Source of the DNA: Synechococcus sp. A15-28
GTDB lineage: Bacteria; Cyanobacteriota; Cyanobacteriia; PCC-6307; Cyanobiaceae
Direction: 5' to 3'
Assembly: GCF_014280175.1 (NCBI RefSeq)
Contig: NZ_CP047931.1
Coordinates: 1,200,001 to 1,232,000, forward strand
Length of the DNA stretch: 32,000 nucleotides
Under the pieces are notes generated by a model. That model saw only the letters and a list, made by a program, of their open reading frames with translations, had not been told where the DNA came from and did not search any database. Within the stretch, counting starts at the first letter, position 1, and each line of letters starts with the position of its first letter. This document shows positions 1 through 8,337 of this stretch, piece by piece. Both the position numbers and the translations under genes were made by a program.

Positions 1-1389
1 TCTCAGGTGCTGTTCATGCCCACGAATGCCCTGGAACTGCTGGAACTGAGTGCCGTGCGGCGGGGCCTTGAGGACGGACTGGTGGAACAGCGCAAACCAC
101 CGATTGCACCAATGGATGTGCTGCTGCAGCACCTCACGAGCCTGGCCTGCGGTCCTGGCTTTGACCCCGATCGCACCCTTGAGTCCATTCGAAGCTGCGC
201 TGCCTACAGCGATCTATCGCAGCAGGACTGGGACTGGTGCCTGCTGTTCCTGGAACAGGGCGGCGAATGCCTGACGGCGTATCCCCGTTACCGGAAACTG
301 GAATGGGATGGGGAAACAAGTCGCTACCGGATCCGAGACAAAGCGATTGCCCGGCTGCATCGGCTCAACATCGGCACGATCACGGCCGCACCGGCCATCA
401 CGGTGCGCTTTGTGCGAGGGGCCGTGCTGGGCCATGTGGAAGAGACCTTCATCAGCCAGCTGAAGCCGAAGGATGTGTTCTTTTTCTCGGGTCGGCAGCT
501 GGAATTCGTCCGCCTCCGAGACATGACGGCTTACGTGAAGGTGAGCACCCGCAAAACGCGTACCGTTCCCGCCTGGGCCGGCGGCCAGATGGCGCTGTCC
601 GACCTGCTCACCCATCACCTGCGGCTGGAGGTGGACCGTGCCAGCCGCGGTGAGCTGGACACTCCTGAACTGAAGGCGCTTGAGCCACTGTTCGAACGCC
701 AACAGGACCTGTCCGTGCTGCCGAAGATCGGCCAGCTGTTGATCGAAACCTGCACCACCCGCGAGGGCACCCACCTTTATGCCTACCCCTTTGAAGGACG
801 CTTCGTGCATGAGGGGATCGGGTTTCTCTGGGCGTCCCGTCTCACCCGATTGGAGCGAGGAACGATCACGGTTTCCGTCAACGACTACGGATTCGAGCTG
901 TTGGCTCCCAAGGGCTACCCCATGGCCGAACTGGTGGAGGATCACAGCGATCTGCTGCTGGACCGACAGAACCTCAAGCGAGATCTGCAAAACGCCTTGA
1001 ACCTCTCCGAACTGCAACGACGTCGCTTCCGCGCCATCGCCCAGATCGCCGGATTGATGAATCGCGGCTTTCCAGGGTCCAGCAAGAGCACGGGACAGCT
1101 GCAGATCAGCGCATCGCTGCTGTTTGACGTGTTCAGCCGGCATGAACCGGAGAATCGCCTGCTGCGTCAGGCCCAACGTGAAGTGCTCGAGGAACAACTC
1201 GAACTGCCGCGACTGGAGGCCGCCCTGGAGCGGGCCGCGGTCCAGGAGTGGCTGCACGTGTCAACACCCCGACCGGGTCCACTGGCGTTTCCCCTGCTGG
1301 TGGAACGACTCAACAACCGCATGAGCAATGAATCTGTCCTCGAGCGGGTTCAGCGCATGCGGGATGAAGCCCTGCGGCGGGAAGACTGA
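1..1389 (+). CDS. Lhr-type (ligase-associated-like) DEXH-box helicase, C-terminal DEAD/H-associated region; the 5' end lies outside the window
   Basis: The frame is open from nt 1. The product (e.g. DVLLQHLTSLACGPGF, AYPRYRKL, HRLNIGTI, VEETFISQLKPKDVFFFSGRQLEFVRLRDMTAYV) matches my memory of the C-terminal half of Lhr/ligase-associated helicases. No motor domain is present, so this is a truncated view. Confidence 0.7.
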   Translation, partial: SQVLFMPTNALELLELSAVRRGLEDGLVEQRKPPIAPMDVLLQHLTSLACGPGFDPDRTLESIRSCAAYSDLSQQDWDWCLLFLEQGGECLTAYPRYRKLEWDGETSRYRIRDKAIARLHRLNIGTITAAPAITVRFVRGAVLGHVEETFISQLKPKDVFFFSGRQLEFVRLRDMTAYVKVSTRKTRTVPAWAGGQMALSDLLTHHLRLEVDRASRGELDTPELKALEPLFERQQDLSVLPKIGQLLIETCTTREGTHLYAYPFEGRFVHEGIGFLWASRLTRLERGTITVSVNDYGFELLAPKGYPMAELVEDHSDLLLDRQNLKRDLQNALNLSELQRRRFRAIAQIAGLMNRGFPGSSKSTGQLQISASLLFDVFSRHEPENRLLRQAQREVLEEQLELPRLEAALERAAVQEWLHVSTPRPGPLAFPLLVERLNNRMSNESVLERVQRMRDEALRRED

Positions 1390-1463
1390 GCCGCAATGCG
1401 TTGTTGTTCGGGTTGACGAGCATCGGAAAGTCCCGTTTAACGAATGTTCCAGGCAAGTGCTCG

Positions 1464-1640
1464 ATGTCCGATTCAACCAGCTTCGATGTTGTCCCGACTG
1501 ACGATGGGGCTGGTTACTGGGTCACGATCTGCTCAGAGCAGCGCTGCTGCAGAGCCTTTGTCTCCTCGATGCACATGGCGGACGGTAAACGTCCACAACT
1601 GCTGAGTTGTCTGCACGACACCGGAATGGTCCATCGGTAA
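1464..1640 (+). CDS. small hypothetical protein (58 aa)
   Basis: This is the ATG-initiated part of ORF 1401..1640 and the only ORF in the 300-nt gap between the helicase and the next gene. I recognise no motif. Confidence 0.2.
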   Translation: MSDSTSFDVVPTDDGAGYWVTICSEQRCCRAFVSSMHMADGKRPQLLSCLHDTGMVHR

Positions 1641-1690
1641 TTGCCCGGTGCGATCAATCTGCATACTCTTGCGTAAGAGTTGCTTGGGCC

Positions 1691-2584
1691 ATGAAAACGA
1701 TCCAACTGATCGAGTTTCTAAGCACCAGCAGTGATCTCAGCGATGTTCTGAGCGATGAGGAAGTCATTGCCTTCGCTCCGAATCTGGGCCTTGAAACAGT
1801 GTCTGCAGACACGGTTTTAAGGAAAGAAGGAGAGCCGGACTGCAGCCTGCTGATCGTGGTAAGCGGAGAAGTTCGACTCAGTCACGACGGCAATGAGATC
1901 ACCAAACTCCATCCCGGGCAAATTTTTGGTGAGGGAGTGTTTTCAGAAGATGGGACCAGCTTCGAGCAGGCAACCTGCACCGTTGACAGTGTTGTTGCAC
2001 GATTGGCACTGAAGAATTTTGAAAAGTTTCTTCAAACAGATGCCAAAGCAGCACAGAAGCTGAAAGAGCACTACACGAATCTGCACCATCAACGCTTGCA
2101 CGAAGTTGAAGGGCTCAGCTTCAGGGACCAGAGAAAATTCCTGGCGCTTGTCGCTCACAACGAGATGAAACCAAGCCTGATGGAATTCGCAAAATCTCAT
2201 CAGGACAAATTGCGCAGGTTTCATCTGATTGCTACTGGAACAACAGGCATCAAGCTCTATCAGGAAACAGGATTGATGCTTTCGAAGAAGGTTGCCTCTG
2301 GCCCCCTTGGAGGGGATCAGGCGATTGGAAAAATGATTTCCGAAAGCAGCATCCTTGGAATGATCTTCTTTCGGGATCCGCTGTCTGCCCATCCCCACCA
2401 TGCCGATATCGAGGCTTTAGGACGGCTGTGTGATGTCTATCAGGTGCCCTTTGCCACGAACCCAGGTGGTGCTGCCGCCATTCTCAACCACCTGTTGGTG
2501 GATCATCCGGAGGAAGCAGTGATTCCCAATCGCGTGCTGGAGCACTACAGAAATCAGCAGAAAAAGGTTGTTTCGGCTCCATGA
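1691..2584 (+). CDS. cyclic-nucleotide-binding-like domain fused to methylglyoxal synthase
   Basis: The N-terminal part shows a CNB beta-barrel pattern (LLIVVSGEVRL...GQIFGEGVF). The C-terminal part aligns by eye to E. coli MgsA (LALVAHNEMK, IATGTTG, GPLGGDQAIG, IFFRDPLSAHPHHADIEAL), with the catalytic His/Asp positions retained. I chose the start at ATG 1691 (MKTIQLIEF); ATG 1607 is an alternative. Confidence 0.8.
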   Translation: MKTIQLIEFLSTSSDLSDVLSDEEVIAFAPNLGLETVSADTVLRKEGEPDCSLLIVVSGEVRLSHDGNEITKLHPGQIFGEGVFSEDGTSFEQATCTVDSVVARLALKNFEKFLQTDAKAAQKLKEHYTNLHHQRLHEVEGLSFRDQRKFLALVAHNEMKPSLMEFAKSHQDKLRRFHLIATGTTGIKLYQETGLMLSKKVASGPLGGDQAIGKMISESSILGMIFFRDPLSAHPHHADIEALGRLCDVYQVPFATNPGGAAAILNHLLVDHPEEAVIPNRVLEHYRNQQKKVVSAP

Positions 2585-3765
2585 GCAACTCCTGGGTCAA
2601 TTTCATTGGCCTTTATCTGCGGATTGGACTTCTCGGTTTTGGTGGACCCCAGGCCCACATCGCCATGCTTCGGGACGAGGTCGTCAACACCCGTGGCTGG
2701 GTTGATGGCAACCGCTTTGATGAAGGTCTGGGACTCTGTGAAGCACTCCCCGGTCCAGCCTCCAGCCAGATGGCGATCTACCTGGGCTGGCTGCAGCGTG
2801 GCTGGATCGGGGGCCTGATCAGCGGCATTTGTTTTCTGCTGCCGGGGCTGTTGATCGTGCTGGGCCTGAGTGAGCTCTGGCGCAATGGACAGTCGATCCC
2901 GAGTTTCACCACCGCGCTGCAGACCCTGCAACCGGTGATCGCGGCCATCATCTGGGCCTTTGCCTGGAAGCTCATGGGCAGCCGCCGAGCTGGATGGCAA
3001 CGCGTCACCGCTGTCCTGGTGATGCTGGGGGGACTGATCAACGCATTCACGCCACTGACCCTGCCCGCGGGACTGTTGCTGTTGCTGGCCGGTCTGAGCC
3101 GATGGTTGAGTTCTCAACCGCCACCAGCACCCACGCCACCTTCGGCAGGCAATACTGGGTTGCTGACACCGATCCCCCTGGCCACAGCTCCCCTGCTGGT
3201 GAGCTCATGGGGCTTGCTAGGCCAGCTGTTCGCCGTGTTTTTCAAAACTGGCTTGCTGGTGTTCGGCGGGGGATTGGTGATCATCCCCTTGCTTGAGCAG
3301 CAGGTGGTGACCCTGGGCTGGCTCAACTCCGCCCAGTTCCTCGATGGCGTCGCCATCGGTCAGATTTCACCGGGTCCCGTTGTGCTCACCAGTGCATTCG
3401 TCGGTTATCAGGCCGGCTGGCAGGAGGGGGGAGGCAGCTACGCCGTCCTGGCGGCCTGTGTGGCAACGGCTGCCATTTTTCTTCCCAGCTTCCTGTTCAT
3501 CCTGGCGGGATCGCCTGTCCTGCAACGGTTGCGCCATCAACCCGCAGTGAAGACGGTGCTGAGTGGGGTGCTGGCAGGGGTGCCTGGAGCCGTGGCGGGG
3601 GCAGCTCTCCCACTGACGTTGACGGCTGTGGGGAACGGAGTGATGGGGTTACAGCTGCTGTTGTTCAGCCTGGCCCTTTGGCTGAGCGTGACCGGACGCA
3701 TGAAACCGCTTCCCCTCATTGGCGCATCCCTGATGATCGGGCTGTTGCTGGAGTGGCTGGGCTGA
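2581..3765 (+). CDS. chrA: chromate ion transporter (CHR family), two-domain form
   Basis: The product has LGFGGPQAHIAMLRDEVV...ALPGPASSQMAIYLG in the first half and a repeated FGGGLVIIPLL...ISPGPVVLTSAFVGY in the second half, with many TM segments. Its ATG overlaps the upstream stop (ATGA). Confidence 0.85.
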   Translation: MSNSWVNFIGLYLRIGLLGFGGPQAHIAMLRDEVVNTRGWVDGNRFDEGLGLCEALPGPASSQMAIYLGWLQRGWIGGLISGICFLLPGLLIVLGLSELWRNGQSIPSFTTALQTLQPVIAAIIWAFAWKLMGSRRAGWQRVTAVLVMLGGLINAFTPLTLPAGLLLLLAGLSRWLSSQPPPAPTPPSAGNTGLLTPIPLATAPLLVSSWGLLGQLFAVFFKTGLLVFGGGLVIIPLLEQQVVTLGWLNSAQFLDGVAIGQISPGPVVLTSAFVGYQAGWQEGGGSYAVLAACVATAAIFLPSFLFILAGSPVLQRLRHQPAVKTVLSGVLAGVPGAVAGAALPLTLTAVGNGVMGLQLLLFSLALWLSVTGRMKPLPLIGASLMIGLLLEWLG

Positions 3766-3766
3766 G

Positions 3767-4303
3767 ATGAAGCTGTTCCTGGTGGTGCTGGGGGGGCGTT
3801 GTCGTGGCTGCCACACCGAACAGCACGACGTGCGATGGGTGGTGGGAGACACGATCGAAGACACATACCCCCAGTTGATCAAGCAATGGATCGGACTGCG
3901 GCGCGGACTTCACCTCGACAGTTATCGCGCCGTTGAACGCGTCGACAACCACAGGGTGGAGGTGGTCCCGGGTGCTGCTGCCTTGAAGCAGACGACTCCA
4001 GATCTCCAACTCTGGTTCGTCAATCTCGGGGCTTACGACCCAACCTCGATGGCGGAGCGCCATCACTTCGGGCTGGTGGTGGCACGATCCACAGCTGCCG
4101 CCAAGGCGTCAGCCAAGCGTCGGTGGCTCAAGGGACTGGAGCAGATCCACAAGGACGATCTGCATGGCGTGATGCAGGAGCCGGAGCTCGACGACCTGTT
4201 ACCCATTGATGGCAACGGGCAATGGCATCTACAGCTGACGCCCCTGAATGAGGGCGTGGATCCGCCGGACAGTCCCGATTGGTACGGCTACGGCTTGATC
4301 TGA
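3767..4303 (+). CDS. DUF1543-like protein
   Basis: The N-terminus MKLFLVVLGGRCRGCHTEQHDVRWVVG resembles the DUF1543 signature as I remember it. The gene starts 1 nt after the chrA stop. Confidence 0.5.
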   Translation: MKLFLVVLGGRCRGCHTEQHDVRWVVGDTIEDTYPQLIKQWIGLRRGLHLDSYRAVERVDNHRVEVVPGAAALKQTTPDLQLWFVNLGAYDPTSMAERHHFGLVVARSTAAAKASAKRRWLKGLEQIHKDDLHGVMQEPELDDLLPIDGNGQWHLQLTPLNEGVDPPDSPDWYGYGLI

Positions 4304-4323
4304 AGCCAGGTCACGCTTCGAGC

Positions 4324-4512
4324 TCAACGGCCACCCGTGTAACTGACATTCAATTCTTCTCCACAATTCATGAGGAACGCCACCTCCGCCCGGTCAGAGA
4401 GGAACATGCAGGTGGTTGCCCCATTCATCTCCTGATAGCAGTAGACATCCATGCCTTCCGAGGGAAGGGGCGAGGTCACAACCTGGCCGTCACGAAGGAT
4501 ATAGCGATTCAA
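4324..4512 (-). CDS. small hypothetical protein (62 aa)
   Basis: An ATG ORF with reasonable G/C third-position bias, convergent with the DUF1543 gene. I recognise no motif. Confidence 0.3.
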   Translation of the reverse strand: MNRYILRDGQVVTSPLPSEGMDVYCYQEMNGATTCMFLSDRAEVAFLMNCGEELNVSYTGGR

Positions 4513-4632
4513 GAGCGTGTCCCGTGTTGTCTTCTGCTAATCGAGCTGGATTGACCGGGCCACAAATGTGTCGATCACAAGAAACGGCAGAGGGCTGAAA
4601 CGGGCTAGAACGATGCAGTCGATGGGAACAAC

Positions 4633-4815
4633 ATGTTTCAGAAATTTCCGGCGCTGCGGAGTGTGTCGATCTACATGGTGCTGAGTTACATCGCCTTGAC
4701 CCTGGTCAACAACAGCCCCCTCGATCTGGACAACATGTGGGTGGTTTACCTGCCGATGTTCATCACGGTGTATGTCTTTTCGCGTTGGCTGGACAGCCGC
4801 TTCAACCAGTCATGA
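4633..4815 (+). CDS. small membrane protein (60 aa, two hydrophobic segments)
   Basis: Hydrophobic stretches VSIYMVLSYIALTLV and MWVVYLPMFITVYVF. Its stop overlaps the next ATG (ATGA at 4812-4815). Confidence 0.4.
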   Translation: MFQKFPALRSVSIYMVLSYIALTLVNNSPLDLDNMWVVYLPMFITVYVFSRWLDSRFNQS

Positions 4816-5078
4816 CCCGGGAGCAACTTCAGCCGCTGCAGGAGCACGACAAAGAGGAATGGCGACAATTCCTGCTCGAGCAGCTGATCGGTTTTCTTGA
4901 ACACAACCGAGATCAGATCCTCACGGACTACGAAAACTCAGGTTTGACCAAGCTCGACCGTGAAGCCATCGAAGCCCATGGACTCCTTGATTTCGATCTG
5001 TCCATCACCCTTCATCAGGACAAGAGCCACGGGTTCGGTTTGGGGTTGGGATTTTTCAAGGCCAATCTGATCCGTTGA
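4812..5078 (+). CDS. hypothetical protein (88 aa)
   Basis: The first ATG in the frame of ORF 4737..5078 sits exactly on the stop of the upstream ORF, which suggests translational coupling. Confidence 0.4.
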   Translation: MTREQLQPLQEHDKEEWRQFLLEQLIGFLEHNRDQILTDYENSGLTKLDREAIEAHGLLDFDLSITLHQDKSHGFGLGLGFFKANLIR

Positions 5079-5291
5079 CAGCAGCGCCTTGCCATCAAAA
5101 TGTGAAGACCGATTGACGGGCCTGGATCGCTTCCTAACGTTTGATCAATCGCAGATTGAACATGCGGGACGGGATTCTGGATGAACTCATTCAGATGGAT
5201 ACGTGGGATTGGTGGAAAGCTTTGATCTATGAACTGAGAGAACGAAAGGAATACGCGGAAGCCGAGGCTGTGTTCAACGAATTCAAACTAA

Positions 5292-5573
5292 GTGAGCGCA
5301 AATAAATACCACTCTTGGTGTTTCGCAGTGACCGTCGGATTGATCACAGCAGGTCCTGCGCATGCCATGACGGAGTGCGAATTCATCCAACGAACCATGA
5401 ATAAGTTGGGATCACGCATGTCGATCCTGCGCTTGAGAATTGCCTCAGCCGATGATCCTGCAGTTCAGGAAGCAGCCAGCGAACAACTCCGAAGTGACAC
5501 GGATGACTACAGGCTGGCAAAAAAGCAATATGAACGCTCCGATTGTGGAGACGATCGCTGGAGTCGCGACTAA
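5292..5573 (+). CDS. small secreted hypothetical protein (GTG start)
   Basis: N-terminal signal-peptide-like WCFAVTVGLITAGPAHA followed by a hydrophilic body. The start codon is uncertain. Confidence 0.3.
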   Translation: MSANKYHSWCFAVTVGLITAGPAHAMTECEFIQRTMNKLGSRMSILRLRIASADDPAVQEAASEQLRSDTDDYRLAKKQYERSDCGDDRWSRD

Positions 5574-5812
5574 CGGGTCGCGATGGATTCCTTCACCTCA
5601 ACCGGTTGAATCGCTTCAACAAGCTCAAACTCTTTCGTCGATACCTCCAGCTGCGGCAGCGGTGATGATGTCGCCTCAAGGGACGTCACAAGCGACTCGA
5701 GCGTGGCGACGGCTGCCTTGAGCAGAGGGAACAGGACACGTTCACCCAAAGCAACGGCCGCACCCAAGACAACAACACTGGTGTCAATAACAGGATTTTT
5801 CAATCTTGCCAC
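5570..5812 (-). CDS. hypothetical protein (80 aa, GTG start)
   Basis: ORF only. It is convergent with and overlaps 5292..5573 by 4 nt. No motif. Confidence 0.2.
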   Translation of the reverse strand: MARLKNPVIDTSVVVLGAAVALGERVLFPLLKAAVATLESLVTSLEATSSPLPQLEVSTKEFELVEAIQPVEVKESIATR

Positions 5813-6353
5813 GGCTCAATCTCAACGATTGAGCCATTATACGAGATTTATTCAGGAATCATCGCCTCAGAAACAACCCGATTCGCTTGTGTTCATTTCG
5901 TGTAAGAAACGCCGCGGTACGTCAACACGATCGCGTTGGATGCCAACGCATTGAGGGCATCTAGCCTGCGAGCCTGATAAAAACTTGCCCTGATAACGCA
6001 GTTGAATATCAGGTTTTACCTGAAGGTCAGAGGACTTGATATAGGTATTACCGAGAAAATTCAGTTGCATGCAGAAAAATGAAGCCCGCAAATCATCGGC
6101 CCACTCAATGCAAAAAACAAGGTTCGCCGGACACGTCAACTTGGAAACAACATAAAAGTGTTCATCAAGGAACCAAAAATCCGTACGGCTGCGAACATTT
6201 CCTCAAAAAACACGGGATACGAATCAAATCCCCTCCAGTTGACTCACCTGGTTGGGCGTTGATCAAACCTGGATTTTAGAATCTCACTGCGTGACTCCTG
6301 TTTGACAGGGCAGGACCAGGGCCCTGAAGATCAAAGCGCTTCAACTGTTTTGG

Positions 6354-6446
6354 ATGGACACCCAGTCCCTGGTCACCATCGCCACACCATTTCTGGTGTT
6401 TGGCGGAGTCTTTGCCGTGCTGTTGCTGGTCTGGGATCGCGACTGA
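6354..6446 (+). CDS. mini membrane peptide (30 aa) MDTQSLVTIATPFLVFGGVFAVLLLVWDRD
   Basis: Hand-translated and below the track cutoff. It has a single TM segment and a strong C/G third-position bias, unlike the overlapping 100-aa track ORF. Confidence 0.35.
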   Translation: MDTQSLVTIATPFLVFGGVFAVLLLVWDRD

Positions 6447-6449
6447 TCG

Positions 6450-6545
6450 ATGTGGACCCCCTACGCGGACTGGATTTACACCGTGGTCAGCCTCAGTGGC
6501 CTGCTCCTGATCTGCTGGTTGGTGCTGGTCCGTTCTGCCCGCTGA
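6450..6545 (+). CDS. mini membrane peptide (31 aa) MWTPYADWIYTVVSLSGLLLICWLVLVRSAR
   Basis: Hand-translated. It lies in the same frame, one sense codon after the previous stop, with a single TM segment and very high GC3. Confidence 0.35.
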   Translation: MWTPYADWIYTVVSLSGLLLICWLVLVRSAR

Positions 6546-6546
6546 A

Positions 6547-6885
6547 TCAACCGACGATCGCTTCCATCTCAGGCTCCAGGAGCACATCGCGGGCGTTGTT
6601 GTAACGCGTCATCATCTCTGGATCACCGCCCTTGTCGGGGTGATGCTTCACCGCAAGCAGCTTGTGAGCGCGCTTCACCTGCTGTTCTGTCAATCGGCCG
6701 GTGAGAGGCAATCCAAGGCTCTGACGGGCCTTGATGGCCTCGATGTCAGGGTCGCGGCCCATCGGGCACTGTTCGCGGCGATGGTTGGCTTTGCCAGGCT
6801 TGCACTTGGCGGCCTTCTTACCGGCTGAACCGATGCCACCACCGAATCCGCCGCTAGCACCACCGAACCCAGACGTTTTCGCCAC
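6547..6885 (-). CDS. J-domain (DnaJ-like) protein with a Gly-rich N-terminus
   Basis: J-domain hallmark LLAVKHHPDKGGDPEMM. The start is uncertain. GTG 6885 (VAKTSGFGG) avoids overlapping the divergent DUF427 gene. ATG 6984 and the internal ATG (MGRDPDIE) are alternatives. Confidence 0.65.
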   Translation of the reverse strand: MAKTSGFGGASGGFGGGIGSAGKKAAKCKPGKANHRREQCPMGRDPDIEAIKARQSLGLPLTGRLTEQQVKRAHKLLAVKHHPDKGGDPEMMTRYNNARDVLLEPEMEAIVG

Positions 6886-6982
6886 CGAAGGACTCTCCAC
6901 CAAGGGCGCCACAATGACTGATCGCGGGTCCCGGCTTCGGTGATCTGCGTGACCCCGTGCTTTGACAACCACCAGAGTGACC

Positions 6983-7450
6983 ATGGAGCGTGTCCGCGAC
7001 TACCCCCGACCACCTCGGTTGGAAGCCTGCCAGGACCACGTTCGTGTGGAGGTTCTCGGCGAAGTCCTGGCGGAGACCCGGAGCAGTCTGCGGGTGCTGG
7101 AAACCTTCCATCCACCCACCTATTACCTGCCTCCGGAAGCCATGAACTCCGGGTTGCTGGTGCCCGCCGCGGGGCGACCTTCGTTCTGTGAGTGGAAGGG
7201 AGTGGCGAGCTATTTCGACGTGGTGGTGGGAGACCAACGACTCTCCCGGCCGGTGTGGACCTACAACAGCCCCAGTGAACGTTTTCGGGAACTGGCCGGT
7301 TGGTACGCCCTCTACCCCGGCCTGATGGATTCCTGCTGGGTGAATGGTGAACGGGTGGTGCCCCAGCAGGGAGGGTTTTACGGCGGTTGGATCACGTCCC
7401 AGGTGGAAGGCCCCTTCAAAGGGGATCCAAACCATCCTGAACTGATCTGA
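6983..7450 (+). CDS. DUF427 domain protein
   Basis: ETFHPPTYYLPPEAM and SFCEWKGVASYFDV match the DUF427 pattern as I remember it. I chose the ATG at 6983 (MERVRDYP). Confidence 0.7.
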   Translation: MERVRDYPRPPRLEACQDHVRVEVLGEVLAETRSSLRVLETFHPPTYYLPPEAMNSGLLVPAAGRPSFCEWKGVASYFDVVVGDQRLSRPVWTYNSPSERFRELAGWYALYPGLMDSCWVNGERVVPQQGGFYGGWITSQVEGPFKGDPNHPELI

Positions 7451-7455
7451 TCAGA

Positions 7456-8112
7456 TCAGCCCAGGGGCTTGGTGGCCACCACCGCAAAGAACGGATCACC
7501 CTTTCCGCCGAGCAGTCCCATGACTCCCTCTCCGCGGGTCTGTTCCGCCACGATCTCCGGCTTGGGCCAGCCCTGGGCCATCAGCACCGAAGCCACATAC
7601 GTGAGGTGATCACGGTCGTCACCATCGGTCCAGACCTGTGGGGCCTTGGTGAAGAACATGCGGTTGCTGAAAGCCACGATCACCTGGCCTCGGGGACGGG
7701 TGATCCGCAGGAGTTCAGCCGCAATGGCCTCAGGCTGCTGCAGGTACTGCCAGCCGGCCACGATCAAGGTGCAGTCGACACTGTCGTTGTCGAGGGGCAG
7801 CACCTGATCGCGGTTGAGGTTCTGCACCCAGTGACGATCCAGGCTCGGATTGGCCGCCAGCTCCTCGTCATTAAGCCCATGGCCCAAAACGGTGTCATAG
7901 GCGATGTCCTCTGGCAGATGACTGACCCAGCTGCTCATCAGGTCCAACACCTCAGCGCAGGGGGGGATCCGCTCCCGGTAGAGCTGCGTCAAGCGAGCCC
8001 GGAAGCCGGCATCGAGGTGATGGACGAAGCGTGGCTCGCTGTAGAAAAGCGCGTCATCGCTGCCATCCAGCTTGTAGCGCTGGGATTCCTGAAGAACTCT
8101 AACGGCCGGCAT
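7456..8112 (-). CDS. class I SAM-dependent methyltransferase-like protein
   Basis: VLDLMSSWVSHLP / DCTLIVAGWQYLQQPEAIAAELLRITRPRGQVIV resemble methyltransferase motifs I and post-II. The gene lies 3 nt downstream of hli on the same strand. Confidence 0.65.
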   Translation of the reverse strand: MPAVRVLQESQRYKLDGSDDALFYSEPRFVHHLDAGFRARLTQLYRERIPPCAEVLDLMSSWVSHLPEDIAYDTVLGHGLNDEELAANPSLDRHWVQNLNRDQVLPLDNDSVDCTLIVAGWQYLQQPEAIAAELLRITRPRGQVIVAFSNRMFFTKAPQVWTDGDDRDHLTYVASVLMAQGWPKPEIVAEQTRGEGVMGLLGGKGDPFFAVVATKPLG

Positions 8113-8115
8113 GGC

Positions 8116-8337
8116 TCAACCCAGCTCCAGATACCAACGCACCACGCCGGTCAGTTGTCCGACGATGCCCTGGCCGGTAAGCAGTTCCCCAAGCACCGCA
8201 GCCGCGAAACCGACCATCGCGGCACGTCCGTTGAGTCCCTCGACAAAGGTCAGCGCCGACTGATTCCAGGGGCGTGCCGTGGTGAGCGACTCTCCGAAGC
8301 GCTCGGGTTGCTCGTACTGAAAAGCCGGCCGCGTCAT
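8116..8337 (-). CDS. hli: high-light-inducible protein (CAB/ELIP/HLIP family)
   Basis: Carries the chlorophyll-binding helix motif EGLNGRAAMVGFAAAVLGELLTGQG and has the typical HLIP size (73 aa). Confidence 0.85.
   Translation of the reverse strand: MTRPAFQYEQPERFGESLTTARPWNQSALTFVEGLNGRAAMVGFAAAVLGELLTGQGIVGQLTGVVRWYLELG

Noticed and set aside
214-1257. 347-aa minus-strand ORF opposite the helicase gene
   Set aside because: It is a shadow ORF. The plus frame carries the recognisable Lhr C-terminal sequence, and the minus product has no motif and a skewed composition.
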